In this document: positions 46,956 to 61,004 of the stretch, in pieces
Layout of the letters: every line of letters starts with the position of its first letter
Numbering within the stretch: position 1 is the first letter of the stretch
Assembly: GCF_964213995.1 (NCBI RefSeq)
Contig: NW_027590154.1
Span: forward strand, 372,001-436,000
Direction of reading: 5' to 3'
Origin: Mustelus asterias
Taxonomy: Eukaryota
DNA length: 64,000 bases
Notes under the pieces: generated by a model
The model's input: the letters and a program-made list of their open reading frames with translations, nothing else
The model's database searches: none
What the model was told of the DNA's origin: nothing
Made by a program: the position numbers and the translations under genes

Positions 46956-49900
46956 TGTGTTGTTTCTGCATGATGTGGGAGCTGGTGGACCCCACTGTTG
47001 TTCCCAGTGAGCATGTCTGCAGTAAGTGTTGGTTGCTTGAGGTACTCCGGCTCAGGGTTGATGAGCTGGAGTCTGAGCTTCAGACACTGCGACATATCAG
47101 GGAGGGGGAGAGTTACCTGGACGCTGTGTTTCAGGAAGCAGTCACACCCCTTAGACTAACTAATTCAGCCGGGGGTCAGGGACAAGAGGGTGTGGCTGCG
47201 AGCGAGGCAGGAAGTGGGATCCAGAAGGTAGAGTTGCAAGAGCCTCAGTCCCTGAATCTGTGCAACACGTTTGAGATTCTTGCTCCCAGTGTGGACGGGA
47301 ATGGGGACTGCAAGGAGGACGAGCAAACTGCCCACGGCACCATGGTACAGGGAGCCGTTCAGGTGGAAGAAGAAAAAAGAAATGTAGTGGTAATTGGGGA
47401 TAGTGTAGTTAGGGGTATTGACACTGTTCTTTGTGACCAAGATCGAGAATACCAAAGGTTGTGTTGCCTGCCTGGTGCTTGGGTCCAGGACATCTCATCT
47501 GGGCTGCAGAGGAACTTGGAGTGGGAGGGTAAGAATCCAGTTGTAGTGGTCCACGTAGGTGCCAACGACATAGGCAGAACAGGAACAGTGGTTCTGCAGA
47601 GGGAGTATGAAAAGCTAGGAGCCAAATTAAAAAGCAGAACCAACAAGGTGGTAATCTCTGGATTACTACCTGAGTCACAAGCGAATTGGCGTAGGGTCAA
47701 TAAGATTAAGGAGGTAAATGGGTGGCTCAAAGATTGGTGTGGGAGGAATGGGTTTGAATTCATGGGATATTGGCACCAGTATTGGGGAAGATGGGACCTG
47801 TTCAGATGGGATGGTCTTCGTCTGAATCGTGCTGGGACCAGAGTCCTGGCGAATCGTATAACCAGGGCTGTAAATAGGGCTTTAAACTGAATAGTGGGGG
47901 GGGGGGGGGTGAGGGAGGGAGGGTTCAGGGGCATGGGGAATTACAAAATCAAAGGTAAAGGAGAGGGTACGAGTGCAGGTTAATGATGAGGACATTCACC
48001 GAGTTAAAGGAGTCAAGGGCTCAGGCAGAGTAAAAAAGGTGACAAACACAAGAAGAGCGGTGGTTAACACAGTGCAAGGAGATGGTCTGGGGAAGGATAA
48101 CCAGTTTGAGACAGGTAGGGACAGAGCGTGCAATCAGAAGAATGCACTAACAAATCAGGTCCATATAAAGGCTAGCATAAAGACACTTTACCTGAATGCA
48201 CGTAGCATTCGAAACAAAGTGAATGAGTTGATGGCACAAATCAGTACAAATGGGTATGATCTAGTGGCCATTACAGAAACGTGGTTGCAGGGTGACCAGG
48301 ACTGGGAACTGAATATCCAGGGGTATCAGACATTTCGGAAGGATAGACAGGAAGGAAAAGGAGGTGGGGTAGCTCTGTTAATTAAAGATAACATCAGGGC
48401 GGTAGTGAGAGACGATATAGGCTCTAAGGAGCAGAATGTGGAATCGTTGTGGATGGAGATAAGGAATAGTAAGGGGAGAAAGTCACCGGTGGGCGTGGTC
48501 TATAGGCCCCCAAATAATAACTTTGAGGTGGGTCGGGCTATAAACAAGCAAATAATGGGTGCGTGCAAAAACGGAACAGCAATAATCATGGGGGATTTTA
48601 ACCTGCATATTGATTGGTTGACTCAAGTCGGACACGGTGGACTTGAGGAAGAGTTCTTAGAATGCTGTCGGGATCGTTTCCTCGAACAGTATGTTACAGA
48701 ACCTACGAGGGAGCAAGCTATCTTGGATCTGGTCCTGTGTAATGAGACAGGTAAAATTAATGATCTTCTTGTGAGGGATCTTCTTGGAATGAGTGATCAC
48801 AATATGGTTGAATTTCTAATACAAATGGAGGGAGAGAAAATAGGGTCCCAAACCAGTGTCCTCTGCTTGAACACAGGGGAGTACAATAGGATGAGGGCAG
48901 AATTGGCTAATGTAGACTGGGAGTGCAGACTAGTTGGTAGGACAGCTGAGCAACAGTGGTGGATTTTTAAGGAGATTTTTCTCAGTACTCAGCAAAAATA
49001 TGTTCCTGTGATAAAGGGGAAATATGAATACATAAGGCAGCTAATTAGAGGAGTAAATTGGAAGGAGGGATTCTCGGGGAAATCTACTGAAGAGAGGTGG
49101 CAGTTTTTCAAGGAATGTCTGTCTAGGGTTCTACAGGACAATGTTCCGAGCAGGCAGGGAGGAGTTGGTAGGTTAAAGGAACCGTGGTGCACGAAAGCTG
49201 TGTGGGACCTAGTCGAGAAGAAAGGAAGTGTATAAAAGGCTTAGAGAGCTTGGCGAAGATAGGGATTTAGAAGAGTATAGGGCTTGTAGGAAGGGACTAA
49301 AGAAGGAAATTTGGAGAGCCAGAAGGGGTCACGAGAAAGCCTTGGCAAGTAGAATTAAGGAAAACCCTAAGGCGCTTTATAAATATGTGAAGAGTAAAAG
49401 GATGAGACACGAAGGAATAGGGCCTATAAAAGGTGAAGGCGGGAAAGTCTGTACGAAACCAGTAGAAATGGCAGAGGTGCTTAATGAGTATTTTGCCTCG
49501 GTTTTCACAGAGGAGAAGGACATGGGTGGATGTACTGTGGGCTTGCGGTGGATTGAAAAGATTGAGTATGTGGACTTTAACAAAGAGGTTGGAATCTTTG
49601 AATGGCATCAAGATAGATAAGTCGCTGGGTCTGGATGGGATATACCCCAGGTTACTGTGGGAGGCAAGGGAAGAGATTGCAGAGCCTCTGGCGATGATCT
49701 TTGCGTCGTCGATGGAGACGGGAGAGGTTCCGGAGGATTGCGGATGTGGTTCCTATTTTCAAGAAGGGGAATAGGGATAGCCCAGGAAATTACTGACCGG
49801 TGAGTCTAACCTCAGTGGTTGGTAAGCTGATGGAGAAGATCCTGAGGGACAAGATTTATGAGCATTTAGAGAGGTTTAGTATGCTCAAGAATACTCAGCA

Positions 49901-51885
49901 TGGCTTTGTCACAGGCAGATCGTGCCTTACAAGCCTGGTGGAATTCTTTGAAAATGTGACTAAACACATTGACGAAGGGAAAGCGGTAGGTGTGGTTTAC
50001 ATGGATTTTAGCAAGGCGTTCGATAAGGTCCCCCATGCAAGGCTTCTCGAAAAAGTGAGAGGGCATGGGATCCAAGGGGCTGCTGCCCTGTGGATCCAGA
50101 ACTGGCTTACCCAAAGGAGGCAGAGAGTGTGTATTGATGGGTCTTTTTCTAAATGGAGATCGGTCACCAGTGGTGTGCCCCAGGGATCTGTTCTGGGACC
50201 CTTGCTGTTTGTCATTTTCATAAATGACCTGGATGAGGAAATGGAGGGATGGGTTGGTAAGTTTGCCGACGACACGAAGGTTGGTGGGGTTGTGGATAGT
50301 CTGGAGGGATGTCAGAAGTTACAGAGGGACATAGATAGGATGCAAGTCTGGGCGAAGAAGTGGCAGATGGACTTCAACCCAGATAAATGCGTAGTGGTCC
50401 ATTTTGGCAGGTCAAATGGGATGAAGGAGTACAATATAAAGGGAAAGACTCTTAGTACTGTCGAGGATCAGAAGGACCTTGGGGTCCGGGTCCATAGGGC
50501 TCTAAAATCGGCCCCACAGGTGGAGGAGGTGGTTAAGAAGGCGTATGGTGTGCTGGCCTTTATCAATCGAGGGATTGAGTTTAGGAGTCCGGGGATAATG
50601 ATGCAGATATAGAAGACCCTCGTCAGACCCCACTTGGAGTACTGTGCTCAGTTCTGGTCGCCTCATTACAGGAAGGATGTGGAAAAGATTGAAAGGGTGC
50701 AGAGGCGATTTACAGGGATGTTGCCTGGATTGAGTGGCATGCCTTATGAGGATAGGCTGAGGGAGCTCGGTCTTTTCTCATTGGAGAGACGTAGGATGAG
50801 GGGAGACCTAATAGAGGTATATAAGATGTTGAGAGGCATAGATCGGGTGGACTCTCAGAGGCTTTTTCCCAGGGTGGAAATGGCTGCTACGAGAGGACAC
50901 AGGTTTAAGGTGCTGGGGTGTAGGTGCAGGGGAGATGTTAGGGGGGAGTTTATCACATGGAGGGTGGTGGGCGAATGGAATTGGCTGCCGTCAGTGGTGG
51001 TGGAGACAAAGTCAGTAGGGTCTTTTAAGAGACTCCTGGATGAGTACATGGAGCTTAATAGGATGGAGGGTTATAGGTAGGTCTAAAAGGTAGGGATATG
51101 TTCGGCACAACTTGTGGGGCCGAAGGGCCTGTTTTGTGCTGTAGTTTTCTATGTTTCTATGTTAGAGAAGGAATGTAAGAAAAGGGATAACCAGCTGTGG
51201 ATAACTAAGGAAATAAAGGAGAGTATTAAATTAAAAACCGATGCGTACAGAGTGGGCAAAACTAGTGGGGGATTAGAAGGTTGGGAAAGCTTTAAAAAAC
51301 AACAAAGAATTACTAAGAAAGCGATAAAGAAAGGAAAGATAGATTATGAAACTAAACTAGCACAAAATATAAAAACTGATAGCAAACGTTTTTACAAATG
51401 TATAAAAAGGAAAAGAGTAGCTAAAGTAAATGTTGGACCCTTAAAAAGACGAGAAGGAGGATTTAATAATGGGAAACAAGGAAATGGCCAAGGCCTTAAA
51501 CAAGTTCTTTGTGTCGGTCTTCACGGTAGAGGACACAAATAGCTTACTGAAAATTGACGGTTGTGGGACTATAGGGGGTGAGGTCCTTAAAACGATTACT
51601 ATTACTAAAGAGGTAGTGCTTGGTTGGCTAATGGGACTAAAGGTAGACAAGTCCCCGGGCCCGGATGGAATGCATCCCAGGGTCCTGATAGAAATGGCAG
51701 AAGTAAAACAGATGCATTGGTTGTAATTTATCAAAATTCGCTGGACTCTGGGGAAGTGCCGGCTGATTGGAAAACAGCTAATGTGATGCCACTGTTTAAA
51801 AAAGGAGGTAGACAAAAAGCGGGTAACTACAGCCCGGTTAGCTTAACGTCCGTAGTTGGGAAATTGCTGGAATCCATCATTAAAC
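46956..51885 (+). mobile_element. CR1 with ORF1 (Cys motif, coiled coil, SGNH esterase) and ORF2 endonuclease, interrupted at about 49015-51160
   Basis: ORF1: CCFC...CSKC, LRVDELESEL, VIGDS, HVGAND. ORF2: YLNARS, ITETW, YRPP, GDFN, SDH. Resumes at about 51161. Confidence 0.9.
49015..51160 (+). mobile_element. Nested CR1 ORF2 (RT), frameshifted
   Basis: ORFs 49228-49620, 49800-50612 and 50634-51080. (TTTCTATG)n tail. Confidence 0.9.
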
Positions 51886-52842
51886 ATTTCTAAAACAAAA
51901 AGGTAAAAGTTATGGTCAATTGAGCCAGGATTTTATTCTGGGACCTTCCTGTCCAGAAGTCCAGAAGTAACATCAGCTGAGATTGTAACTTAGCAGCAGA
52001 AACCCATCTTCTGTTCTATTCCCCCAATTCCCACAAAATAGTTTTTAGGTTTGGGTGAGTTTGTATAAAATTGACAACGGTGGAGATTCAAGACACTTAA
52101 CAAGTGAATAAAGGCAAAATATTCCACAGATTCTGCACAAACAAAATAAACTTTACTATACACAATGATAAAGGGAAAACAAGTTACAATATGTGGAAGG
52201 TAAAACATTCAAGGACTTTAGAGAGGAAAGGGAGATGGGATGGTAGTTCACAAGGGCATGGGTCAAAGATATTTTATTGAGAAGTGGGTGATGATATCGG
52301 ATTTGAAGGAGAGGAAGATATTGACAATATCAGCTGATATGGAGAAGTTGTGCTGTCAGTAGCTCAGTGGGAATAGGATTGAGGGATCAAGAGATGGGTC
52401 TCATGGGCAAGATGAGCTCTAAGAGGACATGAGGGGAGGCAGGAGAGAAACTGCAGAAAGATGAGAGTTCAGAGCTCAGATAAAGGGCAGCGTTAGAGGA
52501 GGTTTGTTCCAGTGGGTTAGGGGAAGGAGGGAAGCAGTAGAGGCAGCTGATTGGATTGTCTCAAACTTAGTGACAAAGAAGATTGTGGGTTTCATTCCCA
52601 ATGAGCACTTGCGGGGAAGTGAAGCTGGAAGAGGGACAAAGGGAGAGCAACTCAAAAGGAATTCAGTTGTGCTGATGATGTTAAAAAGATTCACAGTACT
52701 GAACACAAAGGTAATTTATTTGACTTTTATTCAGAATATTAAACCGTATAACTGGCTGGAGTTCATTAACATCAACAAAAACAAACGCAATGAACATATT
52801 ACAGTCCTGGATAGGATTAGCAGCAGATTCCAATCACTGTGG

Positions 52843-54048
52843 TTACTCGTGAATTCTTTGGTGCCTAAGCAGGTAGGATGACCGAGTGAATCTCTTCCCA
52901 CTTTCAGAGCAGGTGAATGGCCTCTCCCCAGTGTGAGCTCGCTTGTGTCTCAGTAGGGTGGAGGACTGAATGAATCCCTTCCCACATTCAGAGCAGGTGA
53001 ATGGCTTTTCCCCAGTGTGGGTGCGCTGGTGTAGAATGAGATCATATGATCGCTTGAACCCAGTCCCACAGTGAGAGCACCTGAACGGTCTCTCATCAGT
53101 GTGAACACGTTGATGGGAAGTCAGTTCACCAGAACTTTTATAGCACTTCTCACAGTCAGAGCATTTAAAAGGTCTCTCCCCGGTGTGAACTCGCTGGTGT
53201 GTCAATAGGTGGGATGACCGAGTGAATCCCTTCCCACAGCAGGAGCAGGTGAATGGCCTCTCCCCAGTGTGAATTCGCTGGTGTTGCAGCAGGCGGGATG
53301 ACCGAGTGAATCCCTTTCCACACTTGGAGCAGGTGAATGGCCTTTCCCCAGTGTGGATGCGCTGGTGTGGAATGAGGTCATATGATCGCTTGAACCCAGT
53401 CCCACAGTGAGAGCACCTGAACGGTCTCTCATCAGTGTGAACACGTTGGTGGGACATCAGTTCATCAGCACTTTTATAGCACTTCCCACAGTCAGAGCAT
53501 TTAAAAGGTCTCTCCCCAGTGTGAACTCGCTGGTGTGTCATCAGTTGGGATGACCGAGTGAATCCCTTTCCACACTCGGAGCAGGTGAATGGTCTCTCCC
53601 CAGTGTGAATTCGCTGGTGTACAGTGAGGTTATGTGAATGCTGGAACCCAATCCCACAGTGAGAGCACCTGAATGGTCTCTCATCAGTGTGAACACGTTG
53701 ATGGGACATCAGTTCCCAAGAACTTTTGAAGCACTTCCCACAGTCTGAGCATTTAAAAGGTCTCTCATCAGTGTGAACTCGCTGATGAGTAAGTAGGTGG
53801 GATGACTGAGTGAAACCCTTCCCACACTCAGAGCAGGTGAACGGTCTCTCCCCAGTGTGACTGCGTTGATGAGTTTCCAGCTGGGATGGGTAATTAAATT
53901 CCTTCCCACAGTCCACACATTTCCACAGTTTTTCCAAGGAGTGGCTGCACTTACGTTTTGACAGGCCAGAGGATCGGCTGAAGCCTCGTCTACACACAGA
54001 ACCCGTGTACAGTTTCTCTCCACTGTGAATAGTGCTTTTTCCTTCCAT
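52843..54048 (-). CDS. Tandem C2H2 zinc-finger protein, 401 aa (12 canonical and 2 degenerate fingers)
   Basis: Repeated CxxC-x12-HxxxH with TGERPF/TDERPF linkers. Likely splice acceptor tttcacag at 54156-58. Upstream exons not defined. Confidence 0.92.
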   Translation of the reverse strand: MEGKSTIHSGEKLYTGSVCRRGFSRSSGLSKRKCSHSLEKLWKCVDCGKEFNYPSQLETHQRSHTGERPFTCSECGKGFTQSSHLLTHQRVHTDERPFKCSDCGKCFKSSWELMSHQRVHTDERPFRCSHCGIGFQHSHNLTVHQRIHTGERPFTCSECGKGFTRSSQLMTHQRVHTGERPFKCSDCGKCYKSADELMSHQRVHTDERPFRCSHCGTGFKRSYDLIPHQRIHTGERPFTCSKCGKGFTRSSRLLQHQRIHTGERPFTCSCCGKGFTRSSHLLTHQRVHTGERPFKCSDCEKCYKSSGELTSHQRVHTDERPFRCSHCGTGFKRSYDLILHQRTHTGEKPFTCSECGKGFIQSSTLLRHKRAHTGERPFTCSESGKRFTRSSYLLRHQRIHE

Positions 54049-54474
54049 GTTCCAAATCCACTGATATTCAGTTATGATAAATTAGATGACTCTGGCAGTT
54101 CCTGATATGATATTTACTTTCAGTTTGCTGACTGCAAATCGTCCCCTTCTAGTCCCTGTGAAACTGATTTAAAACAGAAAAAGAGGGATTCAGAGAAAAC
54201 CCATAGAGACAGGTGATGAATAGAGTCCAGACCAAAGCAACAATTTTTTAAAAAACACGCAGGAGGCCAGGAAATGAGGATCGTCGAGATATTCAGCAGA
54301 CTAGGCAGCCTGTGAGAGCTACAAACATTATTGAGGGCTCAGATTGCTGACTTGCCCTCAGTCTATAATGAAACATCTAGAGTCACGCACTGACTAATGG
54401 CGGTCATATTTCCCACAATGCTCTGCGCCCCAGAAACCCCTCTATTCAAAAGTTGCTCACCGTAATTCACTAAT

Positions 54475-55275
54475 CATAGAATCCTTACAGTGCAGAAAGA
54501 GGCCATTTTACCCATCGAGTCTGTACTGACTCTGAGAGCATCTTTCCCAGGCTCACCTCCTATCCCAGTAACCCCACGCATTTACTCTGCTAATCCCCAT
54601 CCTGACCTTTTTCTTCACCCTGCCTGCAACAACAACAATATATTCTGTACCCGACTCTGTTCCTTTCCCCCATGTACTTTATCAAGTTATGGGTTTTTTT
54701 TTCTGTATAACACGCAAGAAATAATTTTCACTGTATCCCAGAACATGCAGCAATAATAAATCAAATTAGACCCTACACATCTTGGGACGCTAAGGGACAA
54801 ATTTAACATGGTCAATTCACCGAACCTGCACATCTTTGGGCAGTGAGAGGGAACCAGAGCACCCAGAGGAAATGCACACAGACAGGGGGAGATTGTGCAA
54901 ACTCCACACCTGAGGTGGCGATGTTGGACTGGGGTGGGCACAGTAAGAAGTCTCACAACACCAGGTTATTTGGAACCACGAGCTTTTGGAGTGCTGATGA
55001 AGGAGCAGCTTTGACAAACGGTCACCTGGACTCAAAATGTCAGTTCTTTTCTCTCTTTACAGATGCTGCCAGACCTGCTGAGATTTTCCAGCATTTTCTC
55101 TTTTGGTTTCAGATTCCAGCATCCGCAGTAATTTGCATTGATTCCAAATAACTTATTGGACTTTAACCTGATATTGTGAGACTTCTAACTGTGCAAACTC
55201 CACACAGACAGTCACACACCCACGGCTGGAGTCGAACCCAGACTCAGTGAGGCAGCAGTGCGAACCACTGTGCCA
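54475..55275 (-). mobile_element. HE1/V-SINE split by other repeat fragments
   Basis: Tail at 54475, core at 54780-54910, head at 55190-55275. The sequence TGTGCAAACTCCACAC is duplicated around an insert. Confidence 0.7.
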
Positions 55276-56658
55276 CAGTGAAGGTAGTTTGCCGCAAATT
55301 TCGGGTGATAACAATGGGCTGGGTGTTGCTCAGAATGTGGAGCACTGCAGCAAAGTACAGAGAGACAGAGACAGAGCAGCAGACTGGACTGAGAAATGGA
55401 GTCTGCAGACTGGAACTGGCAGCATGAGGAGAGGTTATTTAGTCTAACACTCACAGCAATCTACAACCCACCCCCATTACCGAGACAGTGAGACAGAGAT
55501 TACAAACACTCACCAACACAGCTCCATTGAAACGTCCCAGGAAAAAGAGGGAATCCGTGGCAGTTCCTGTCCTGAAATAGCCCCAGGACTGTCACTCAAA
55601 CCCCCAACCCGGCCCAGTTCACAGCTCAGCCTCTCAGCTTGCAGCCTCCTGCACCTCGAGCCAACCCTGTCCAGGTGTGGGAGGGATGTGGAACCACAGA
55701 GTGGGGGGAGGGGTGACCTCCTGCTGTGCCCCAAATAGTTTCTCCTTCCCCTCCCCCTTGGCTCTCTAAGGTCTGAATGTGGATGTGTTGATGGACATTG
55801 CAGAGCCTCACTGAGCTTATCCTGGGTCACCCCCTCCCCCTGGGTTCAGTGTGTTCAGTTCGCTGCTTCTTTCCCTGCTGAACCTTCAGTTAATCAAAAG
55901 CAGAAAGTGCTGGAAAACCTCAGCAGGTCTGACAGCATCTGTGATCATCCAGACTGGAAGCATTAACTCCATTCTCTCTCCACAGATGCTGTCAGACCTG
56001 CTGAGATTTTCCAGCATTTTCTGTTTCTGTTTCAGATTCCAGCACCCGCAGTATTTTGCTTTTATCTTCATTTAAACAAGCATTCTTTGATGGTCTTTAC
56101 CCCCATTGCTCCTTTCCAGAGCTTCCCATCTTCTGCTATTGTCCCTGACTCCCACATTAACCCTGTTATTCCTCCCCTTTACCCCGCTCACCCTGTCTAA
56201 ACTCAGGCTCAGAGTTTTACCGCCATCTCCCCCTCCCCCAGCCTCCACATCCCAACACCCGGAATCTCTAACCCAGCGGTTCCAGTTTATCTGGTTTGAG
56301 TTCAGATTTGCCGCAGCACCGACAGGATTTCACTTCAAACCAGCCGGAACTGACTGCTCACAAATCCCAAAATGTTTCTCCAGCAGCCCGGACTTGTTAG
56401 TGTTGTTTAAAGTCAGCGCCCAAATGCAGTTACTATCCTCAGTTTAAAAAACTTCTCCATTTAATCTAAGGTATTATTCGCGCCAGACACAAATCTACAA
56501 CAGTGAACATTATCCCCCACCCTGACCCGAGCTGGGGTGTCCCGAGGAAGAGACATCTGTTCCGGGTGTGACAATTCTTACACATTCTCTGTGACATAAA
56601 ACAGAAAACGCTGGAAATACTCATGAATGAAAGCAAATTGTTGCTTTTGTCAAGAGAG

Positions 56659-56990
56659 TCATAGAAACCCTCCAGGTCAGAAGGAGGCCATTCGGCCCAT
56701 CGAGTCTGCACCGACCACAATCCCACCCAGGCCCTACCCCCACATATTTACCCACTAATCCCTCTAACCTACACATCTCAGGACTCTAAGGGGCAATTTT
56801 TAACCTGGCCAATCAACCTAACCCACACATCTTTGGATTGTGGGAGGAAACCGGAGCACCCGGAGGGGACCCACGCAGACACGAGGAGAATGTGCAAACT
56901 CCACACAGACAGTGACCCGAGCCGGGAATCGAACCCGGGACCCTGGAGCTGTGAAGCAGCAGTGCTAACCACTGCGCTACCGTGCCGCCC
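56659..56990 (-). mobile_element. Full-length HE1/V-SINE
   Basis: GGGCGGCACGGTAGCGCAGTGGTTAGCACT head, GGTTCGATTCC B box, V core and tail. Confidence 0.92.
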
Positions 56991-58564
56991 TGGACTCGAA
57001 ACGGCAGCTCTTTCATCTATTTACCGATGCTGCCAGACCTGCTGAGTTTTTCCAGCATTTTCTCTTTTGGCTGGAAACACTCAACAAGTCAGGCAGCCTC
57101 TGTGGAGAGAGAAACAGACTGACTGTGACCTGTCATCGAACTGGGAAATATATTTCCCGCAACTGAAAGAGGTATCTTACAACCTTCGGAACAAAATTGA
57201 GTTCAACAATTTTACACCACATTCTCTGCCCCCTTTGCGTTCTGTGTTTCGTTGTTGCTTTCTTCGCCTTTTGTTTTATTTACTTCGTATTCAGACTGCT
57301 GCTGTTCACACCTCATCCAGAACATCTTTTGTGACTTTACTTGTCCCATTACCACTCGCTTTGGTATTGAGCCGTGAATCATTTTGTCAGTTTGCAGACC
57401 TTTCATTTTGTTCTTCTCCATCTCCCTCTCTCCCTCCTTCACAGGCCTGGCTTTCTCTGTGTGGCACTGGAGAGCGAGCTGGACTTGAGATGTTTGAGAC
57501 AGAGAGATTGAAATGTTTTTTTCTCTCAGAGGGTCTTTGGTTTCTCTTCCCCAGAGAGCAGTGAAGACAGAGTCATTGAATGTTTTTAAGACTGAGTAAA
57601 TGGATAAAAGCAAATTACTGCGGATGCTGGAATCTGAAACCAAAAGAGAAAATGCTGGAAAATCTCAGCAGGTCTGGCAGCATCTATAAAGTGAGAAAAG
57701 AGTGGACGTTTCAACTCCAGATGACCCTTTGTCAAAGCTAAAAGGCATAGAAAGTGGGAGATATTTATACTGCAGGGTGAGGGAATGAAAAATGAGTCAC
57801 AGCCACAGAAACTCGGGTAAAGAGCTGCTAATGGCAGTCCATCGAGAGAATAAAGGGTGTGAATGGCCAACGGCAGAGAAGCTGAAATCAGCTGTGACAG
57901 ATGAAGATGTGGGGGGAGGGGGAGAGGGAATGGGAAGGAGAGAGGTAAAATGGGAAAAGGGGGGAAGGGAAATAAAAGGGGGAGAAAAGGTAAGGAAAGG
58001 ATGGAGGTAGACAGGAAAGTGGAGTTGTGGTCGCAATCAGATCAGCCAGGATCTTATCAAATGCTGGAGCAGAGGGGCCACTGCTGCTCCGGATTCATGT
58101 GGGTGTTTGACTGTATGTTTCACTCTGTTTCTGCCTCCACAGAAGCTGCCGGGTCTGTTCACTATTTGGGGCTTTGACTATTTTTATTTCAGATTTGAAA
58201 CATCTGCAGGATATTCTGTCCATGCAAACCCAACACATCTTTCATTGTTTAATGCAGAGCAGTGTGTGTGCACGGTGCTCCCTGTCAACAGGAGAGAATG
58301 TTGTGAATTCCTATCCTGGATTGACAGGGATGGATTTTGTAAATTAATTTTATCTGGGTTAGAAGGGAAGGATTTACACACACAAAATTCAAAACCCTGT
58401 TTCTTATTTCAATATTGGATTTATGAGTCGCTGGTAAGGTCGCTGCATTTCAAACAGAGCTTGCGAGTGTTTTGAAGTGTTTTCTTTAAAAGTCCCCTTC
58501 ACTCCTGTGCTACTCAGGAGAAGATTTCACATTCACATTCTCCAGGATAGAGGGGCAAGAGAAC

Positions 58565-59146
58565 GGGCGGCACAGTGTTCAGCACCACTGCCTCACAGCA
58601 CCAGGGAAATCATAGAAGCCCTACAGTACAGAAAGAGGCCATTTGGCCCATCGAGTCTGCACCAACCACAATCCCACCCCACCCCTACCCCCTTATCCCT
58701 ACATATTTACCCGCTAATCCCTCTAACCTACGCATCTCAGGACACTAAGGGGCAATTTTAGCATGGCCAATCAACCTAACCCGCACATTTTTGGACTGAG
58801 GGAGGAAACCGGAACACCCGGAGGAAACCCATGCAGACACGAGGAGAATGTGCAAACTCCACACACAGGGGTCCCAGGTTCAATTCTGGCCTCGGGTCAC
58901 TGTCTGTGTGGAGTTTGCACATTCTCCCCGTGTCTGCGTGGGTTTCCTCCAGGTGCCCTGGTTTCCTCCCACAGTCCAAAGATGTGTGGGCTAGGCTGAT
59001 TGGCTATGCTAAATTGCCCTTTAGTGTCAGGGGGATTAGCAGGGTAAATATGTGGGGTTATGGGAATAGGGCCTGGGTGGGATTGTGGTCGGTACACACT
59101 CGATGGGTCAAATGGCCTCCTTCTGCACTGTAGGGATTCTATGATT
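58565..59146. mobile_element. SINE inserted in opposite orientation inside another SINE
   Basis: + strand head at 58565-58607, minus-strand copy at about 58608-58866, + strand body at 58867-59146. CAGGG on both sides of the insert. Confidence 0.85.
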
Positions 59147-60540
59147 CAGACCAATTGCAGGTGCTGCTTTCTTCCCACCTCACTCTCACAGACTTCAGTG
59201 AAGACAGTGTGGAAAGGCTTTGGGACAAGATCAGATCTGTGATGCAGTGAACACCCACTCAGCTCATCGGGTTTGAATTGCTCAGGCCGTCACACTGGCT
59301 CAACAAGAATGACAAAGAAGTGAGCAAAATCAGAAACTGTCTCTGGATTGAATGGAGTAGTATTCCTCCTATTGAACCATTCACACTGATGTCTCACTGG
59401 CTGTACCTGTACCAGCTCTCTACCCTGACACATAGTCATATTATATGGATAAGTGGGCATAGCCTTTAGGTGTTGGTCTGTTAACTACAAGGGAACCATT
59501 TTCTTAATTGATTCATGGACATGGGCAGCGCTGGCTGGCCAGCATTTATCGCCCATCCCCAGCTGCCCTTGAGAAGGTGGTGGTGAGCTGCCTTCTTGAA
59601 ACCCTGCAGTCCATGTGCTGTGGGTTCACCCACAATGCCGTTAGGGAGGATTATGACCCGGTGACTGTGAAGGAATGGTGATACATGTCCAATTCAGGAT
59701 GGTGAATGGCTTGGAGGGGAACTTGCAGGTGGTGGTATTCCCATGTATTTTCTGCCCTTCTGATGAAGGGTCATCTAGACTCAAAGCATTGGGTCTATTC
59801 ACTCCCCCCAGATGCTGTCCGACCTACTGAGATTTTCCACCATATTCTGTTTTTGTTTCACATTCCTGCATCGACAGTATTTTGCTTTTATCTTCTGTCC
59901 TTGTCCTTTTAGATGGAAGTGGTCGTGGCTTTGGAAGGTGCTGCCTAAGGAGCCTTGGTGAATTGCTGCAGTGCATCTTCCTTTAGCAATATACTATATC
60001 ATCTCTCTGGCTTGTTCCACCAACCAAGATCCATACATTATACATTCAGTAGATTCACTTAATACAATTTTACTTTCTTTAATAATTTGATTGATCATTT
60101 GTACGTGAGACTTTAGGGCCTGACCATATGTTGTAAATGTATGGTTAAGTTCCGACCTTAAGAGTGGCTAAGTTAATGGTATTAACAACCCTGGTGTTAA
60201 AAGCTGTTGAAGCATCATTCATTATACCCCGTTACTGTCTGACATTTTGGATATTATTCCCCTTCCTAATGTGGTTTTGGATAACATCCAGATGCAGATG
60301 CTGAGGGGGATTGAGCTTCCATCTTAACATCCTCCTGATACAATAGCCATGGTACAGGTGCACTTTTCACTTCTTTTTCATCATTGTCCCAGGTCCGCAG
60401 CATATTCTTCACCGTGTACGTAACAGTCCTGATCCTTCTCAGCTTCTTCCATTATCTGGGACTCTGAGTTTCACCAAGTTATGAGAAAACCATTTGACTT
60501 TTTAGCCAAAACGTTTATTATTTTATTTGTGCCACAAATA

Positions 60541-60819
60541 GGCTTATATTAACACTGCAATGAAGTTGCTGTGAAAATCCCCTCGTTGCCACACTCCGTG
60601 CCTGTTCAGGTACACTGGGGGAGAATTTAGCATGGCCAATTCATCTAACCAGTACGTCTTTCGGACTGTGGGAGGAAACTGGAGCATCCGCAGGAAAGCC
60701 ATGCAGACACGGGGTGAACGTGCAAACTCCACATAGATAGTACCCAAGCCAGGAATTGAACCCGGGTCCCTGGCGCTGTGAGGCAGCAATGCTAACCACT
60801 GTGCCCCACCGTGCCGCCC
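60541..60819 (-). mobile_element. V-SINE-type element
   Basis: tRNA head and core. Same variant as 32691-32990. Confidence 0.85.
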
Positions 60820-61004
60820 GTTTGCATATTCAATACAACTGACCTTATCCACCGTAGTCTATGGTCCCTTATACAGGGGTCCAAACACATCTCCCTTTGC
60901 ACAATTTCTTACCCTCACTTGGTCTCCAATATGACACTCCTGTGGTTGGATGGGGCTAATAGGGACCTACTCCAGATACTCATGAGAACCAGTGGAAGTT
61001 CTTC

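Noticed and set aside
47973-49235. 420-aa ORF as an intact CR1 ORF2
   Set aside because: It is a chimera of the host endonuclease and a nested CR1 that happens to be in frame, and it soon frameshifts.
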